Both the position numbers and the translations under genes were made by a program. Below, in pieces: positions 30,000 through 42,530 of a DNA stretch of 64,000 nucleotides. Below the pieces are notes generated by a model. It saw nothing but the letters and a program-made list of their open reading frames with translations, was not told the origin of the DNA and did no database searches. Within the stretch, counting starts at the first letter, position 1; the number at the start of each line of letters is the position of its first letter. This stretch comes from Camelus dromedarius (Eukaryota): NCBI RefSeq assembly GCF_036321535.1, contig NC_087462.1:5704001-5768000 (forward strand), in the 5' to 3' direction.

Positions 30000-30120
30000 T
30001 CGCAGCGTACCTCTGTCCAATCGGCGGCCCCTTCCTGTCTTTAATCCCGCCCAAGATGAGGTCTCATTGGTTACAGTGCACTTAGCTTCTCCATTGGTCC
30101 AAGGATCTGTTCATCAAAGC
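29650..30120 (-). promoter_or_regulatory. SWSAP1 CpG-rich promoter with CCAAT boxes
   Basis: CCAAT at 30017, ATTGG near 30066 and 30093, CCCGCC, CpG-rich around the start codon. Confidence 0.65.
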
Positions 30121-31120
30121 CAAATCGACGTTTCCTAGCTCCTCCCTGGTGAAGGGGCAAATAACCTAGTCTGAGGAAGAAAAGGAGGCTTTTGAGGGAG
30201 ATAAGGCTCTTCCCTGGGTGAGTCCGCCGGCGGAAGCAGCACGAATACTATTATTGTGAGCTAATCAGCTAATCAGACAACATAAGGGCTAAGATTTGGA
30301 GGGAGCAGGCCCTAATCACTGATACATTACTTAAAGTCTCCTAGCCTCAGTTTGCTCACCTGTAATATGGAGCTCATGATATCTCAAGAATATTGTGATG
30401 AGCATGTATCTGTGTTTCTGCTGATGTCACCCAATGACAGTGGAGAGGTGGAGAGATGGATGAGCTGTGTGCTCCACTCTCTGCTTTTGAGTACCTGCAC
30501 AAGTGTGTGTCTGGGCCTGCAGGCTTGTGGATTTTCGTGTGCAAAACAGCAGCAGCCACCTCCGAGGATCTGAGAAGGGGAGTCTCAGCTTCCTCACTGA
30601 TTGGGGGCCTGCTGGAGTCCTGCTTGGGGTACTAGGGTGGGGGAAGGCAGGACCACGGAACAAAAAAGGGGCCAGAAGAAACGAGGCAAAGGGGCAGGGG
30701 CTGGGAGACTGAGGGAGAGCCACAACAGGACCTTGTTTGTCACGTTCACTTTGGTATCTCCAGCTCCCAGAACAGTGCCTTGCGCCTTGTAGATTCTCAA
30801 TAGAGTTTCATTAAAGGAGTGAGTGAAGAAAAGAAGGGAGGATCGATATAAAACTGGGAGAGAAGGAGGAACAAAGTGAGTGATCAAGTGATCACTGGTT
30901 GGGTCTCTTCACCTAGACTTCTCCCCAGAGCAGCCACTCATGCCCCTGTTGCCCTGGCAACTCTGTCTCCTGGTAACTTCAAAGTGGTGCTGTTGCCAGG
31001 AGACCCAGGGGCAGGGCAGAACTGTGATTTCCAGGGATTTCGCTCTCCCTCTGGGGCCAGAACACAGCTGAACAACATCCTATGATACACCCACTCACAC
31101 AGCTAGGCACCCCCACACCC

Positions 31121-31123
<3 letters not shown>

Positions 31124-31167
<44 letters not shown>

Positions 31168-31170
31168 CAC
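31124..31170. repeat. (CA)n microsatellite
   Basis: About 18 perfect CA units, one CG, then more CA. Confidence 0.95.
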
Positions 31171-32575
31171 AGCACACTGTTAGATTGCATTGTCAAATGC
31201 ACTACCTCAGCCCCATGATTCACCTCACTTTGCAACACTCTAAATGCACAGGCACCTAGTAGTGACACCCGTATTGCAGTTCCGCAGTTTTGTACATGGG
31301 AGCATGCCAAACATAGCCCCATTTCAAGTCCTTTGCCTTGCTGTTCTCTTGCCTAGAACACTCAGCTCCCAGAGCTTCCTCATTTTTTTTTCATTCCATT
31401 CAGGTCTCTGCTCAAATATCACCTACTTAGAGAGGCTTTCCTTGGCCACCCGTGTAAAGTCACACCTCCTTTATTCTAACTGCTTATCATCTTTCTCTTC
31501 AAACAACTCATCACTTCCAACCTTATATAGTAATTTGATTGCCTCTCTCCCCACTAGAATGTCAGTTCCACCAGAGTAGAGTCCATCTTTCTTTAACTGC
31601 TGGGTCCCCAGCTCCTAGAATAGCACCTGGCATACAGTAGATGCTCCTAAATGTAGCTGAGTGAGTACATTGCAGAGATGCAGACATTCAGTGTATCTCT
31701 CATGAACACAGTACTTCTTTCTTTCACTTCTCCAGATCCCATTTTCACATCCTGATAGAAGGAACCTTACCATAGAGGGACTCCCTGAAGGAGGCAGGAC
31801 TGAAGGGTGAGGGTACAGGGAAGTGGACAGCTCAGGTTCAGTGTGTGCTTCTCCTTGGTTTATCAGCATCCTCCAGTGATTAGTTCATTCATTTAGCAAA
31901 CATTTCTTGAGCATCTACTGTGTGCCTGGCCAGCTCTGTTCTAGGCACAGGGGTTCAGCAGTGAAAAGACAAAAATTCTCTGTCCTGGAGGACTGACATC
32001 CTAGTGAGGGAGGAGATAATGGCCACCAAGCATAAAGAGAAGTTTAAATAGTCTATGAGCAGATGATAAGTGTGTGAAAGAAGAAAAAAAGTTAGCACAG
32101 GGAAGTTAGAAAGGCTAGTTGTTTGGTTCTTGCAATTGTGAATAGGATGGTAGGGGCAGGCCTCACTAAGGAGGTAACATTTGAGAAAAGGTTTGAAGGA
32201 GCTGAGGAGGTGAACCATGCAGATATGTGGGAGAAGACCATTCCAGGTGGAAGCACCTGCAAGTGTAAAGGCCTGGATGCACTGGGAGAACTTTGGCTTT
32301 TACATAGAGTGCCATGGGGAGCCCTGAGAGGGTTTGAGCAGAGGAGGGTTGTGGTCTGACTTACATTGTAAAGCAGAGCTTGGTTTTGGTCCCTTTGAGT
32401 TTGACAGGCTATGAGACCCACTGGGTCAATTAAAGAAGCCCTTTGAATAAGAAAGCACACTTTAGTCTGGAGTTTCTACCTAAGAGTTTCCAGCCTAGGG
32501 TGGGGTGTGGGCAAGACCAGGGCTGCTGTCTCCTCTGGCGGCCCCGACTTTTCCCTTTCCTAGCTCGTGCTTAGC

Positions 32576-32634
32576 ATCAGAACCATGGACAGCGCCAACT
32601 GGGTTGGCTGGTGGGCGCTGTCCACCGTGCTGAA
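32576..32634. promoter_or_regulatory. Two inverted RE1/NRSE (REST) motifs
   Basis: ATCAGAACCATGGACAGCGCC (+, 32576-32596) and TTCAGCACGGTGGACAGCGCC (-, 32614-32634) versus RE1 consensus TTCAGCACCNNGGACAGCGCC. Confidence 0.7.
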
Positions 32635-33159
32635 GTCTTGCTTCTTTCCCTGCCCGCAGTGGTAGCAACTGTGCAACAGGAGGGACCACGGGTCTCAAGG
32701 GTGCAATCCCTGGAAACAGGAGCTCTGGGCGGTGAAGCAGGGGACTCCATGATTCTGTCCCTCTTCTGCCTTCAGCCCTCTCATGCTCCCATCTAATTCC
32801 CCTGGGGCCCACAATCAACCCCACCACCTCCCCCACCTCCTCTCCCTCTGCCCCTCGCTGGCTCAGCTCCAGCCACACAGGTCTCCTCACTGTTCCGTGA
32901 ACACAGCAGACACGTTTCCACTTCAGGGCCTTGGTTCTTGCTGCATCCTCTGTCTGGAACTCTCCTCCGCCCCTGACCGCGCATATTTGCCTGGCTCCTC
33001 TCCCTCCCTCCTTCACACCTCATCTCCAGTGCCAACTCCTCCAAAAGAACTTCCCTGACCACCCTCTTTAAACTGCAAACCGTGTCCCTATTCCAAAGCT
33101 GCCCCATTGTGTTCTCTAGCTTGAGTTTTCTCCTTATCACTTATCAATACCTAACATAT

Positions 33160-33440
33160 CAGAGATTTCAATCCCTGACCTAAATCCTTGATCCTAGAGT
33201 TTGGAGTTCAGAATTTTTCAGATTTTCAAAAGACGTAATGCTATGTACTAACACCCCTAGTTGGACCTGGGATGACATTCGAAACCAAACACTATCTGCA
33301 ACAAAACATAAGAATATTCATATAAAGTTAAATTAATAAAAACTGTAATAACCTTATGTCAGTTCAGGCCAGATATTGCCACAGATGAGTTATGAAAACA
33401 TTTTTGGTTTTCAGACCTTGAAATTTGGAATTGTGGTATT
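33160..33440. mobile_element. Non-autonomous DNA transposon remnant (probably TcMar-Tigger type)
   Basis: AT-rich block with mirrored TTCAGAATTTTTCAGATTTT and TTTTCAGACCTTGAAATTTGGAATTG ends; family uncertain. Confidence 0.45.
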
Positions 33441-34306
33441 ATGTATAACTTATATACCTTGTTTATTGTCTGTCTCTCGGGTGTTAGAACATGAGTTCCA
33501 TGAAGGCAGGATCTTGTGTCTGTTCTGCTCACTTGCTGCAGCCACTGTGCTTAACTAAATAGCACCTGGCATGTAGTAGGTGCCCCACAGTGTTCGTTGA
33601 ATGAATAAGTGGGTGGATGAGTGAGTAAACGAGGAACAAAGGAAAGCAGACTCCAATTCCTAGTTTCTGGTTGACTCTGCCCCGCATGGCCTGTCTGAAG
33701 CTGCTTAGAGCTAAAATGTTTGTGGGGAGAGGGGGGTCTGTGGCTCCCTGTTCCTACTACCTTCCCTGGTCTCTGTTGGGTCCTCAGGGGTTGGTTCTCA
33801 GCACAAACTCATGATCAGAATCCCTGCTGTAGTCCATGTAGTTCAAGGGTTCAGCTTGGAGGTTCCTATCATCCTCAGCATCCCCTTCACCATTAGAACA
33901 TTTAGGGTCCCCTCACCCTATTATTCCCTGTGTTCTCTGCACCCTGGTCATGGTCAGAAACAGACCAGCCATCTGGGGAAAACAGTCAAGTGAGGTCCCT
34001 CACAGTGTGTTTGTGTGCCTTACATGTGGCTTGTGGGGCTGCTCGCATTTGACAGATGAAGAAATAAGGGCACAGAGAAGTTAATGAACTTTCCTGAGGC
34101 CACACAACCAGAAAATGCTGAGCCAGGATTTGAAGCCAAGTAACAGATCCCACAGCCCTACAGTGCTTCTCCACAATCGCCCTTAGATACTGTGACAATA
34201 CCTCCACATCCAGCCTCACTGATACCTAGACCCACAATTAAAGTCTTCCACACCCTGCCACCTGGGAGAGGAAGGCAGGTGGCCAAACTTCTGTTACAAA
34301 CAGGTC

Positions 34307-34312
34307 TTTATT
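34307..34312 (-). terminator. PLPPR2 polyadenylation signal
   Basis: TTTATT on + (AATAAA on -) at the end of a UTR-like region below the last exon. Confidence 0.7.
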
Positions 34313-35244
34313 AAAGATGAGGAGCGGGCAGGAAAGGGGGGGGCAGTGTCTCCCCTGCCCACAGCCTTTGGCTGCCTAGGGTGGAGAACCCTCTCTGCTC
34401 CACCCATGCCTCTGTGATGGCACAACTGTATGAGGCTGAGGCATAGGTGGCAGTGTGAAGAACAGGGGTGGGTTCTAAGGGGAAAAAAAGTCCTTTCCCA
34501 CAGCCCTAATAAATAACAGAAGGATTTGAGGTGGCCTGGGCACAGAGAAGGGGAGACAGCACCCTGAAACCCAAAACCTCTGAACTGGGGCAAGCCCTGC
34601 ATAAGTAAGGAGTCAAGAGGACTGGGTGAGAGATTGCATGTGGGGGAGGGGCAGAGAGGAGAAGGGGCACCCCAAGGACCTTGCCATGGGGGAGCCTGCC
34701 CCCTACCCTCCAACTGGACTCTGATTCTGAGGAGAGAGTACCCAATGACAAAGGATGACCCCATCTCCCTCCTCTCCTTTGTATATGCTTAGACATGGGT
34801 GGTCCCCCATTGACTGGAATCATACCCACCCACCCTAAAAATTCTGAGAACCAAGGACCCTTATTGGTTGTTCAAACGCTGAACACTGGCTGGAGTTGCC
34901 CACTTGCCTGAGGAGTCTAAGAAGTAATGGGGAGGCTACTATTGGCTGGAGTAAACTCCTTTTGGTTAAAATTCTGAGAACTGGGGGGGCCCCACTGGCT
35001 AAGCAATGGCCGGGGGGGGGGGCTTTGGCCCTTAAAAGGTCAATCCTAGGAGGCAAGAACCCCCCACCCAATTTTGCCCACTTGGAAGATGTCCCATTGG
35101 GCAAGAGAGGCAGGGGGTTCCTCAGATGTCCTTCCAGTCATCCTCTGATGTCTGGGCCTGGCTGGTTTGGGGACAGGGGCTTTGGCACTCACACAACACA
35201 CGCACACACATGTGGCAGGGAGAAATGGGGACCGGGTAGATTCT

Positions 35245-35400
35245 NNNNNNNNNNNNNNNNNNNNNNNNNNNNNNNNNNNNNNNNNNNNNNNNNNNNNNNN
35301 NNNNNNNNNNNNNNNNNNNNNNNNNNNNNNNNNNNNNNNNNNNNNNNNNNNNNNNNNNNNNNNNNNNNNNNNNNNNNNNNNNNNNNNNNNNNNNNNNNNN
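35245..35400. other. Assembly gap, 156 N
   Basis: Run of N inside the GC-rich last coding exon of PLPPR2. Confidence 1.
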
Positions 35401-38400
35401 CCCCACCTGGCCCCCCAGGCCCAGGGGAGGAGGGGGAGGGGCCCTGGCTGGGGGTTGGCGCTGGCAGGGGCAGGGGCAGAGGCAGGGGCGTCGGCTCAGA
35501 CCTCAATCGAGGGCGGGGCACACGGGGCGACGAACACATGGCTGGAGCCCTGGACGACACGCAGCTGGGAATCAGGTGGCCACGGCGGGCGCAGTTCTGC
35601 GGCTCTGGGGATCAGGAATCAGAAGTCAGGGGATTAGAGGGGGGCCACAAGAGCACAGGTGAGACCTCTGTGGCAGTGACTGCCATCTGGAGGTCCCCCC
35701 ACTTCCCCGCGTTCCCTTGACACTCACTGGATGGGGTGAGCCGTGCCGGTGTCGAATGCGGCCTGCAGGCCTCAGGTTCCTGAAGCAAAGAGGCAGAGGG
35801 AAGGGGCTAGCGGCCCCCTGGGCCCCGCTGGCCACAGCCACGAGGGGCTCATCGGGCAGAGAACCCAGTGGAAAAGACGACCAGTTTTCAGGATTAACCA
35901 GGTCCCCTTGGGAGGGAGAAGGGGGCACACCTGGATCCACAGAGATAAGCGATCTCTCTACCTATCCATGGCCCTGAGACCCCCCATCTCCTGCCTGACT
36001 GTCTACCTCCGTGGTTGCCCTCCACCCACCACCCTCTCCAGCCGGGAGCAGCCCCCAGCCCCCCTTACCTGGGCCACACTTAACTTTTCGAGGGGGCTAT
36101 CCATGGTGGGGGCTTGGCTCAGGTCCTCCCAAGGAGAGAGCCTTCGGCCAGAGGGTGGCCGGCTCTGGAAGTTGTGCACGACACAGGTGACCTGTGACAG
36201 AGGGAGAAGGGTGGGCTGAGGTCTGAGGCTAATAAGGTAATTACCATCCCCATTTTTCAGACAGGGAAACTGAGGCTCAGGTTTTCAAAAACAACACTTT
36301 AATGGTGCTTACTATGTGCAGAACCCTGTTGTTCCCACTTTGCTAAGGATAGATACTATCATTATTTATTCCACAAGGGTGGGGATAAGCAAGGCCAAGT
36401 CGTGTACCAGCAGGATCTGATCCTGCCCTCATTTGAATCTTTGATGTTTTGGACATTATGGGCTTTTGCATTAATTTTTAAAAATGCTTCATTAAAATAA
36501 TATTTATCTTTATTATTGAGTGTTTTGGCACTCTTAGGTTCTGTACTCAAAGCGAGGGCCTCACTTGCCTTATCCTGGTCCCAGTGCCGTTATCCCATTT
36601 GACAGATGAGAATGTCCAAGCTAGGTAAGGTTAAGGGACTAGCCCAAGATCACACAGAGTCCACACCCTTCACCATCATATGGTCCTGCCTCTTGGGACA
36701 AGGACAGATGTTAAGAGGCTCACCAGAAAGGTGGCGATCGCCGCCCCGGTCAGGAAGCCGGCCAGCACGTCGGACCAGTGGTTGCGATATTCAGCCACGC
36801 GGACCACGCCCACCAGGAAGGCGGGGCACAGCAGGGCCAGGCAGAGTGAGGGTTTGACCAGGCGGGAGCCCTTCACACGGAACACAAGTGTCACGTACAT
36901 CTGCAAAAGCCAGATGGGTCAGAGGACACACGGCAGTGGCAGTCGCCAAACGCAACCGAACACTGCGTTCGAGGCTAGGGAGCATGGCCAGAATCCTGAG
37001 GAGCCGATGAAGGCTCTGGCTAGGGGCTCCAGGGAACAGAGCCAGGGGGACAGGGGCTCAGGGAGTGGAGTCATGGACCCCCAGTGGGCCCTTGCAGGGA
37101 TGGGGTTGTGACCAGAGCATTAAAGAGCAGTGGGTAGGGGCTCAAGTCTCTGGAGGACCAGTCCCAGATGGGGAAAGATGCATACTGGGTTGGGGTGTGG
37201 CCACAGAACCAGAGAGTGGAGTCAGGGCCCAAGAGGCAGGTCCAGGAGCTCCAGGAGGTGGTCCCCAAACCCCTGGGGACCATAGGGTTAGAAGCATAAT
37301 CCCCAATGCTAGAAAAAGGAGTCAAAGCAACAGGGGGTGCAACCAGGGAAATGCAAGGGACAAAGTCAGGAAGTTCCAGCAAAATCGAGTCAGGTGCATG
37401 GCCAGATCAATAAAGGGCAAGGACAAAGTGAATGACAAGAGATCCAGGGAATGGAGTTGAAAGCTCACTACCCAGTCACCCAGCAAATATCCAGGACCTA
37501 TAGCATCGAGGGGACATAACTTGGCGTCAGGAGATGGAGTCCTGCGCTCCAGGCCCTGTGGTCCAAAGAACCAATAACCTCCTTCAGGCATGCCACTAGT
37601 AGGTCAGGAGGCGTGGGCAGATACCAAGTGATGCAGTCAAGACTACAGCCAGACTCAAGCTAGGGGCGTGGCCAGCGGGTGAGGGGAGGAGTCAGAGCCT
37701 GAGCTGAGTAGATTCCGCCCCAGGGGCGGTGTCACAGCAACGAGGCGTGGCCTCAACCCTGTAGGCTCTAGCCCTGGGGGTCCACTGCCCGCAGGCCGCC
37801 CCGTACAACCCTGCCCCCATTTCGGGGCTCACCGCCGTGTAGGTGACGGCGTAGGCGCAAAGGGCAGCGTCCTTGCAAGGGAAAGCTCGGCGCGCTGCGG
37901 CCACCAGGCTGGGGCTGCCGGCACAGGCGCCTTGGTCAGTGACGAAACGGTCGGGCCCTGGCCGGTCCGGTGACGGTGGCAGGCAGCCCAGGGCCGTGTA
38001 GTTGGGGCGGCACACGGACAGGAAGTGCGGCGTGGGGTTGCCGGTCACCACCTGCCCCGCATTGGCGAAGATGGTTGTGGTGAAGAGGCCGAAAGAGTAG
38101 ACCCCTGCAATCGGATGGGAGAAGGGGTTCATGCCAGGGCCCTGATGCCCCAGTGGCTGTCCTCCTGTGAGTCCTCTATGGCTCATCTGGGCCCCTGTCT
38201 CCTTGTTCCTATGCCTGCCATTAAGGCACACCTGGGACTTCCCCTAACACCATACCCCATAATAGTGGGGCCATGTTCCTCTTCCCTTGGGACCACCATG
38301 ATGGCACTCTGGGCCTCTAGCCTCTGTCCCTCTGGGATTACCACTATGTCAGGAGGGGACCCTCCTCTGGAACACATTATAGCTGGGCTGGGACCCCTCA

Positions 38401-39977
38401 GTAGCATTACATCAGGACTGGACCCATGCCTGGGACCTCCTAGGACCACACTGATGGCAATTCTGGGCCTCCTATACCTGTCCCTGGACTCGCTATTGAT
38501 TGCTGAATTGATCATTTTTCTCCTGGATCATCAATCAGCCAGAGCTGAATCTCCAGCCCTTTGCCACAAGGACCACTACTTTGGACAAGCTCTGCCCTTC
38601 TGCTACCCCAAGTCCACCAATTGTGGCTGGGACCAAATTCATAGCACAACCAGGGTCCTCATCTCCCTGCCCCTGTGGCCCCCTGGCATTTGTCCTATGT
38701 CTTTTCTGCCTGAGACTCTCCTTGTGGCAATTTGGGGCCCTCCTCTTATAGGTGTCAGCATGGCTTGCTTAGACGCCCCCCCACCATGTCCCTAGAACCT
38801 CCACTATGTCTAACCCCTTTGCCGCATGAAGTCACTATCATGGCAGTTCAAGGCCCTCTTCCCCCTGGGATTCTTATGATGGCTGAGCCCGGCCCATATG
38901 CCTTCATGTAGCTGACCCCTGGCAGAGTCACTCACCCAGAAAGCGGACCAGCCTCCGCAGCGGGGGGCTAAAGCGGCAGCAGGCCCCGGACACGATGGTG
39001 CTCTCCCCAATGATAGGGATGGCTGAGGGCGGTGTGGGGAAAAAGGCACGCGCCAGCTCCCCCAGCAGGATCTGTGGGCAAGACCAAGGTGTTGGGGTGG
39101 GGGCTGTCTTCCTGGCCTTCAAGCCCAGCCCCCATCCACCTCCACCTGGCCCTCCTGCCTCCTGGGAGGCTCTCCCCACAGTCCAGGCCGGGCTACCCCA
39201 AGTCTCACTGTAAGTGTGGGCCCAGCAGTGACCAGCGCATAGACCAGTGCCGGAGGCACTCTGCTGGCAGCCTCAGGTCCCGGGTAGGGCTTGGCGTATG
39301 TACTGTCATAGCAGAAGAAGCCCTGGGTGTGCACAGGGAAGGTGTCCGTGAACTCCAGGCGGTAAGCAAGCAGGACCACGATGCCCAGCAGCACCGACTG
39401 TCGCCCAGCCAGGGCAGGGAGAGAGATGGAGAAAGGAGAGAGAGGGTCAGGCCTGAGGTGGGCCACGGAGATGGAGACACAGAGATGGAGACAAGAGACA
39501 AGAAGGAGAGAGACAAGGAGAGATGAAGAGGAGATAGGAGATGGAACTAGGGAGAGGGAGAGAGAACAGGGCCAGTGCTCAGAGAGACAGTGGGTGTTGG
39601 AGGGACTGACTAATAGAGAAAGAATGAATACTACTGATATAAGTACTAGCAGCCTTAACGCTTCTTGTGGGCAGGGCATCACACCAAACCTCTTCCATGA
39701 ATTAATACATTTTACTTTCATAGTAGCCCCAGGAGAAAGGGACTCAAATTATGCCCATTTGACAGATGAGGAAACTGAGGCTCAGGAGGGTATATGAGGT
39801 GCCCAGAGTCCCACTGTAAAGATGGGCAGAGCTGGATTGGAAGACCGGGAGCTCCACTTCTGAAGGTGCCCTTGAGGGTCTGGCGGGGAGGTACCAGCGC
39901 GTGATCCTCACCTCCACGAAGACAAAGCAGGGAATAATGGAGAAGCTCCTCTTCAGCTGAGGTCTCCCTCCCGCCAT
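35401..39977 (-). CDS. PLPPR2: Phospholipid phosphatase-related protein 2 (LPPR2/PRG4); long isoform runs into the N gap, short 343-aa isoform ends at 35572
   Basis: Exons 39977-39912, 39397-39209, 39071-38936, 38104-37833, 36900-36724, 36191-36069 (or -36085), 35779-35728, 35604-gap. MAGGRPQLKRSFSIIPCFVFVE, CRPNYTALGC, RVAEYRNHWSDVLAGF (PAP2-like). Confidence 0.97.
36380..36590. mobile_element. hAT-type DNA transposon fragment in a PLPPR2 intron
   Basis: AT-rich core ending GCCTCACTTGCCTTATCCTGGTCCCAGTGCC, foreign to the GC-rich surroundings; family uncertain. Confidence 0.4.
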
Positions 39978-41049
39978 AGTGAAGGCTGGGCCTGTGGAGA
40001 TGGGAAGGGAGTGGGGCCGCCAGGGCAGGGCCTCGGGGGAGGCTCACTGTCCCTTGCTCAGGGAGTCCTCTGGCCACACCCTAGCCCCCATCCCTGGAGC
40101 TACAGCTGAGGAGCCTGGCTCCGCCCCCTGAGGCTTCTGGCCACGCCCCTGCAATCCAGGTCTTGCCCTCACCCTTGCTCATTGGAGGCATGGGTCTCCC
40201 CTGACATGACCTGCTCAGCTCAGCCTCTGCTGGGGACCCCACAGGTTGTATCGTGGTCTTCTCCCCCCACAGCCTACATAGGAGGGTCACACCCCCATAC
40301 CTTTTAGGAGGGCACGTCCTCCTTAGCTTGTGGGACCCCTTCCTTCAGTCTTTAGCAGAGACTTCTCCAGCTTAGTGGGAACCCCCCCAGCAAAGAAGGG
40401 ACCATTTAGAAGGGTCCTCAGCCTCACTAGTTTTCAGGAGACCCCATCCTCTTTCCCTACATGCTTTACATGAGACCCATACTCCCTGTTCCCCACCTCC
40501 ACCAGGCCCCTCCCCTGAGCTCCTTCCCCCATGGCCCACAGAGTCCTCTCTCTCCTGTCCCCATGGGCTGTGCCTGACTGGTTTGGGCTGATGGCCAGGC
40601 CCTCCTTCTCTCACAGATGCCTCTCCCTCCCTCCGTTCTTCCCCCTCCTCCCAGTCTGTCTGCCTCCCTGTATCGCAAGGGGGGGGGCTATCTCCCCCTC
40701 AGTGCTCTCCCTCCCCCTAGTCAAACCTCAGTCCCCAGCACTGAGGGGCCAACACAGCCACACCTGCTTGATCCCTTCTCCCAGCCTGACCTCACCTGTG
40801 AAAGGGCCCTATGGCTTCCCACAGGCCACTGCTGCCACACCCACAGACTCACAGCCGCTCCTGGTGGCCAGCAGGGCAGGGATGGTCACCCCCATTGCAC
40901 AGATGTGGAAATGGAGGCCCAGGCAGGTGAGGGTAGGCACTCTGAGTCCAGTGCCCCATCCAGTGGCTTGCTCTGCAGTGTGACATGTGGGGTGAGCGTC
41001 ATAAGAGATCCCAGATGCCTGAGATGCCCACCTGATCATGGCTCCCTCC

Positions 41050-42060
41050 GCCTCCCAGAGACACAATCACACACACTGGCTCCCCCAGAGTACACAACTC
41101 ACCAAGAGCCTCCATCCCAAACACCACACACACACACACACACACATACCGTGGCAGAGCAGTTGTCCATCCCACCAACAAGGATCAAGGGCCTGCTCGG
41201 TTCCAGGCACTGCCCTGGTTACCAGCCTTGTGGTGAACAAGACAGGCTCGCTCATTCAGACAGGTGCCCAACACCCACTACACATATAACTGCACACTCA
41301 CACACAGCACAGTGTGCACACGGCCTGTCACAAACACCCACACAGATCAAACAATCTCCCCCAACACACTGGGAGTCACTGGGTCACAACAGGAGGTCCT
41401 TCACACACCTCACAGCCCCACATACAGCCCCACTGGAGCCCTCACTCCACCACCATCAGGAACATAGACTCGAGGCTGCCAACACACTTAAGAGCCAGAT
41501 CAAAAAAAGTCACCACACACAATGGGGGCGTCACAGAACTGGTCACAGTGTCACACCCCCAATTACAACGCACTCAATGACACACATTAATGGTCTCTCA
41601 TCCACACTGGTAGTCATAGGAAAGCACCGCTCCATCCACAACCACAGCCACATGGCCACACAAGGGCACATACATGGACCATGGCACAGACTTGCACACA
41701 GAGCCACACGAGAAAGGCACAAGATCACAGCCACATACTGGAACACAATAACGGCCCCCCACACACCATCCGAAGGAACACACAACAGCGGTCACACAAT
41801 GACAGTCATAGGCACACAACCATACAGAAACCAAGACAGCCACACAATCACTGGAATAGCAGTCACACAGCCACTCAAAGGTGGCCACAACCACACAGCC
41901 AGCACACACACACACACACACAATCAGAGTGATACCCACGGACACAGCTGCACAATGACAGCCACAGGAGACACAACCACACAGGCACCCCTGAAGCCGC
42001 ACAATCAGTCATACAGCCACACTCTGACACATAACGACAACCACACAATCACCGCCAGCC
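41050..42060. repeat. CA-rich low-complexity tract in PLPPR2 intron 1
   Basis: Dense CAC/ACA/CACAC with pure CA runs near 41105-41125 and 41903-41921. Confidence 0.8.
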
Positions 42061-42229
42061 TCATCTGGGTCCCCTCCCCGTGGTCCCCTCCCCCAGCCCG
42101 GTCCCCAAGCCTCAGCTCGCAGCCTCCCCTCCCCCTCCCAGCGCTGGACCCACAGGAGACCCGACCCACAGGAACCGAACCCTGGCCAGACAGACAGACC
42201 GCGAGGGTCGGAAGCCCGCAAGAAGGGGT

Positions 42230-42530
42230 ATAGGGGGCACCCCGAGCCCTTACCCCTCACCGGGTCGAGACTGCCTCCGCCTGAGCCCCGGCTCCGCCTA
42301 GACGGCCCGGCGCGGCGGGACGGACTGACAGACAGAGGGCTGGCCAGCGGGCCAACGCAGAGATGGAGATGCTGCCTGCCGGCCCGGCTGCGCCGCGCAG
42401 ACTCAGCGGCGGGGCGAGGGGCGGGGCCTCCGGGAACATCATTTGCATAACCCGTGGGGCGGGGTCTCGAGGTGTCTCATTAGCGTGATCCGGGGTGGAG
42501 CCTCGGTTGTTCTTGGGGGCGGGGCGTGTC
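42230..42530 (-). promoter_or_regulatory. PLPPR2 CpG island, probable non-coding exon 1 (donor at 42261) and promoter
   Basis: CpG-dense; GC boxes; octamer ATTTGCAT 42441-42448; CCCG|GTGAGG donor on minus strand. Confidence 0.7.

Larger units (their letters stand above)
30330..34160. mobile_element. Mostly L2/MIR remnants between SWSAP1 and PLPPR2, with a unique island at about 32490-32780
   Basis: Repeated L2 3' motifs (AGCACCTGGCATACAGTAGATGCTC, TTCATTCATTTAGCAAACATTTCTTGAGC) and MIR cores. Confidence 0.6.

Noticed and set aside
34896-35720. 274-aa and other ORFs spanning the N run
   Set aside because: Artefact: N codons cannot be stops
38025-38795. 256-aa plus-strand ORF
   Set aside because: Antisense to a PLPPR2 intron made of degenerate CTGGGAC-like words; no recognisable protein features
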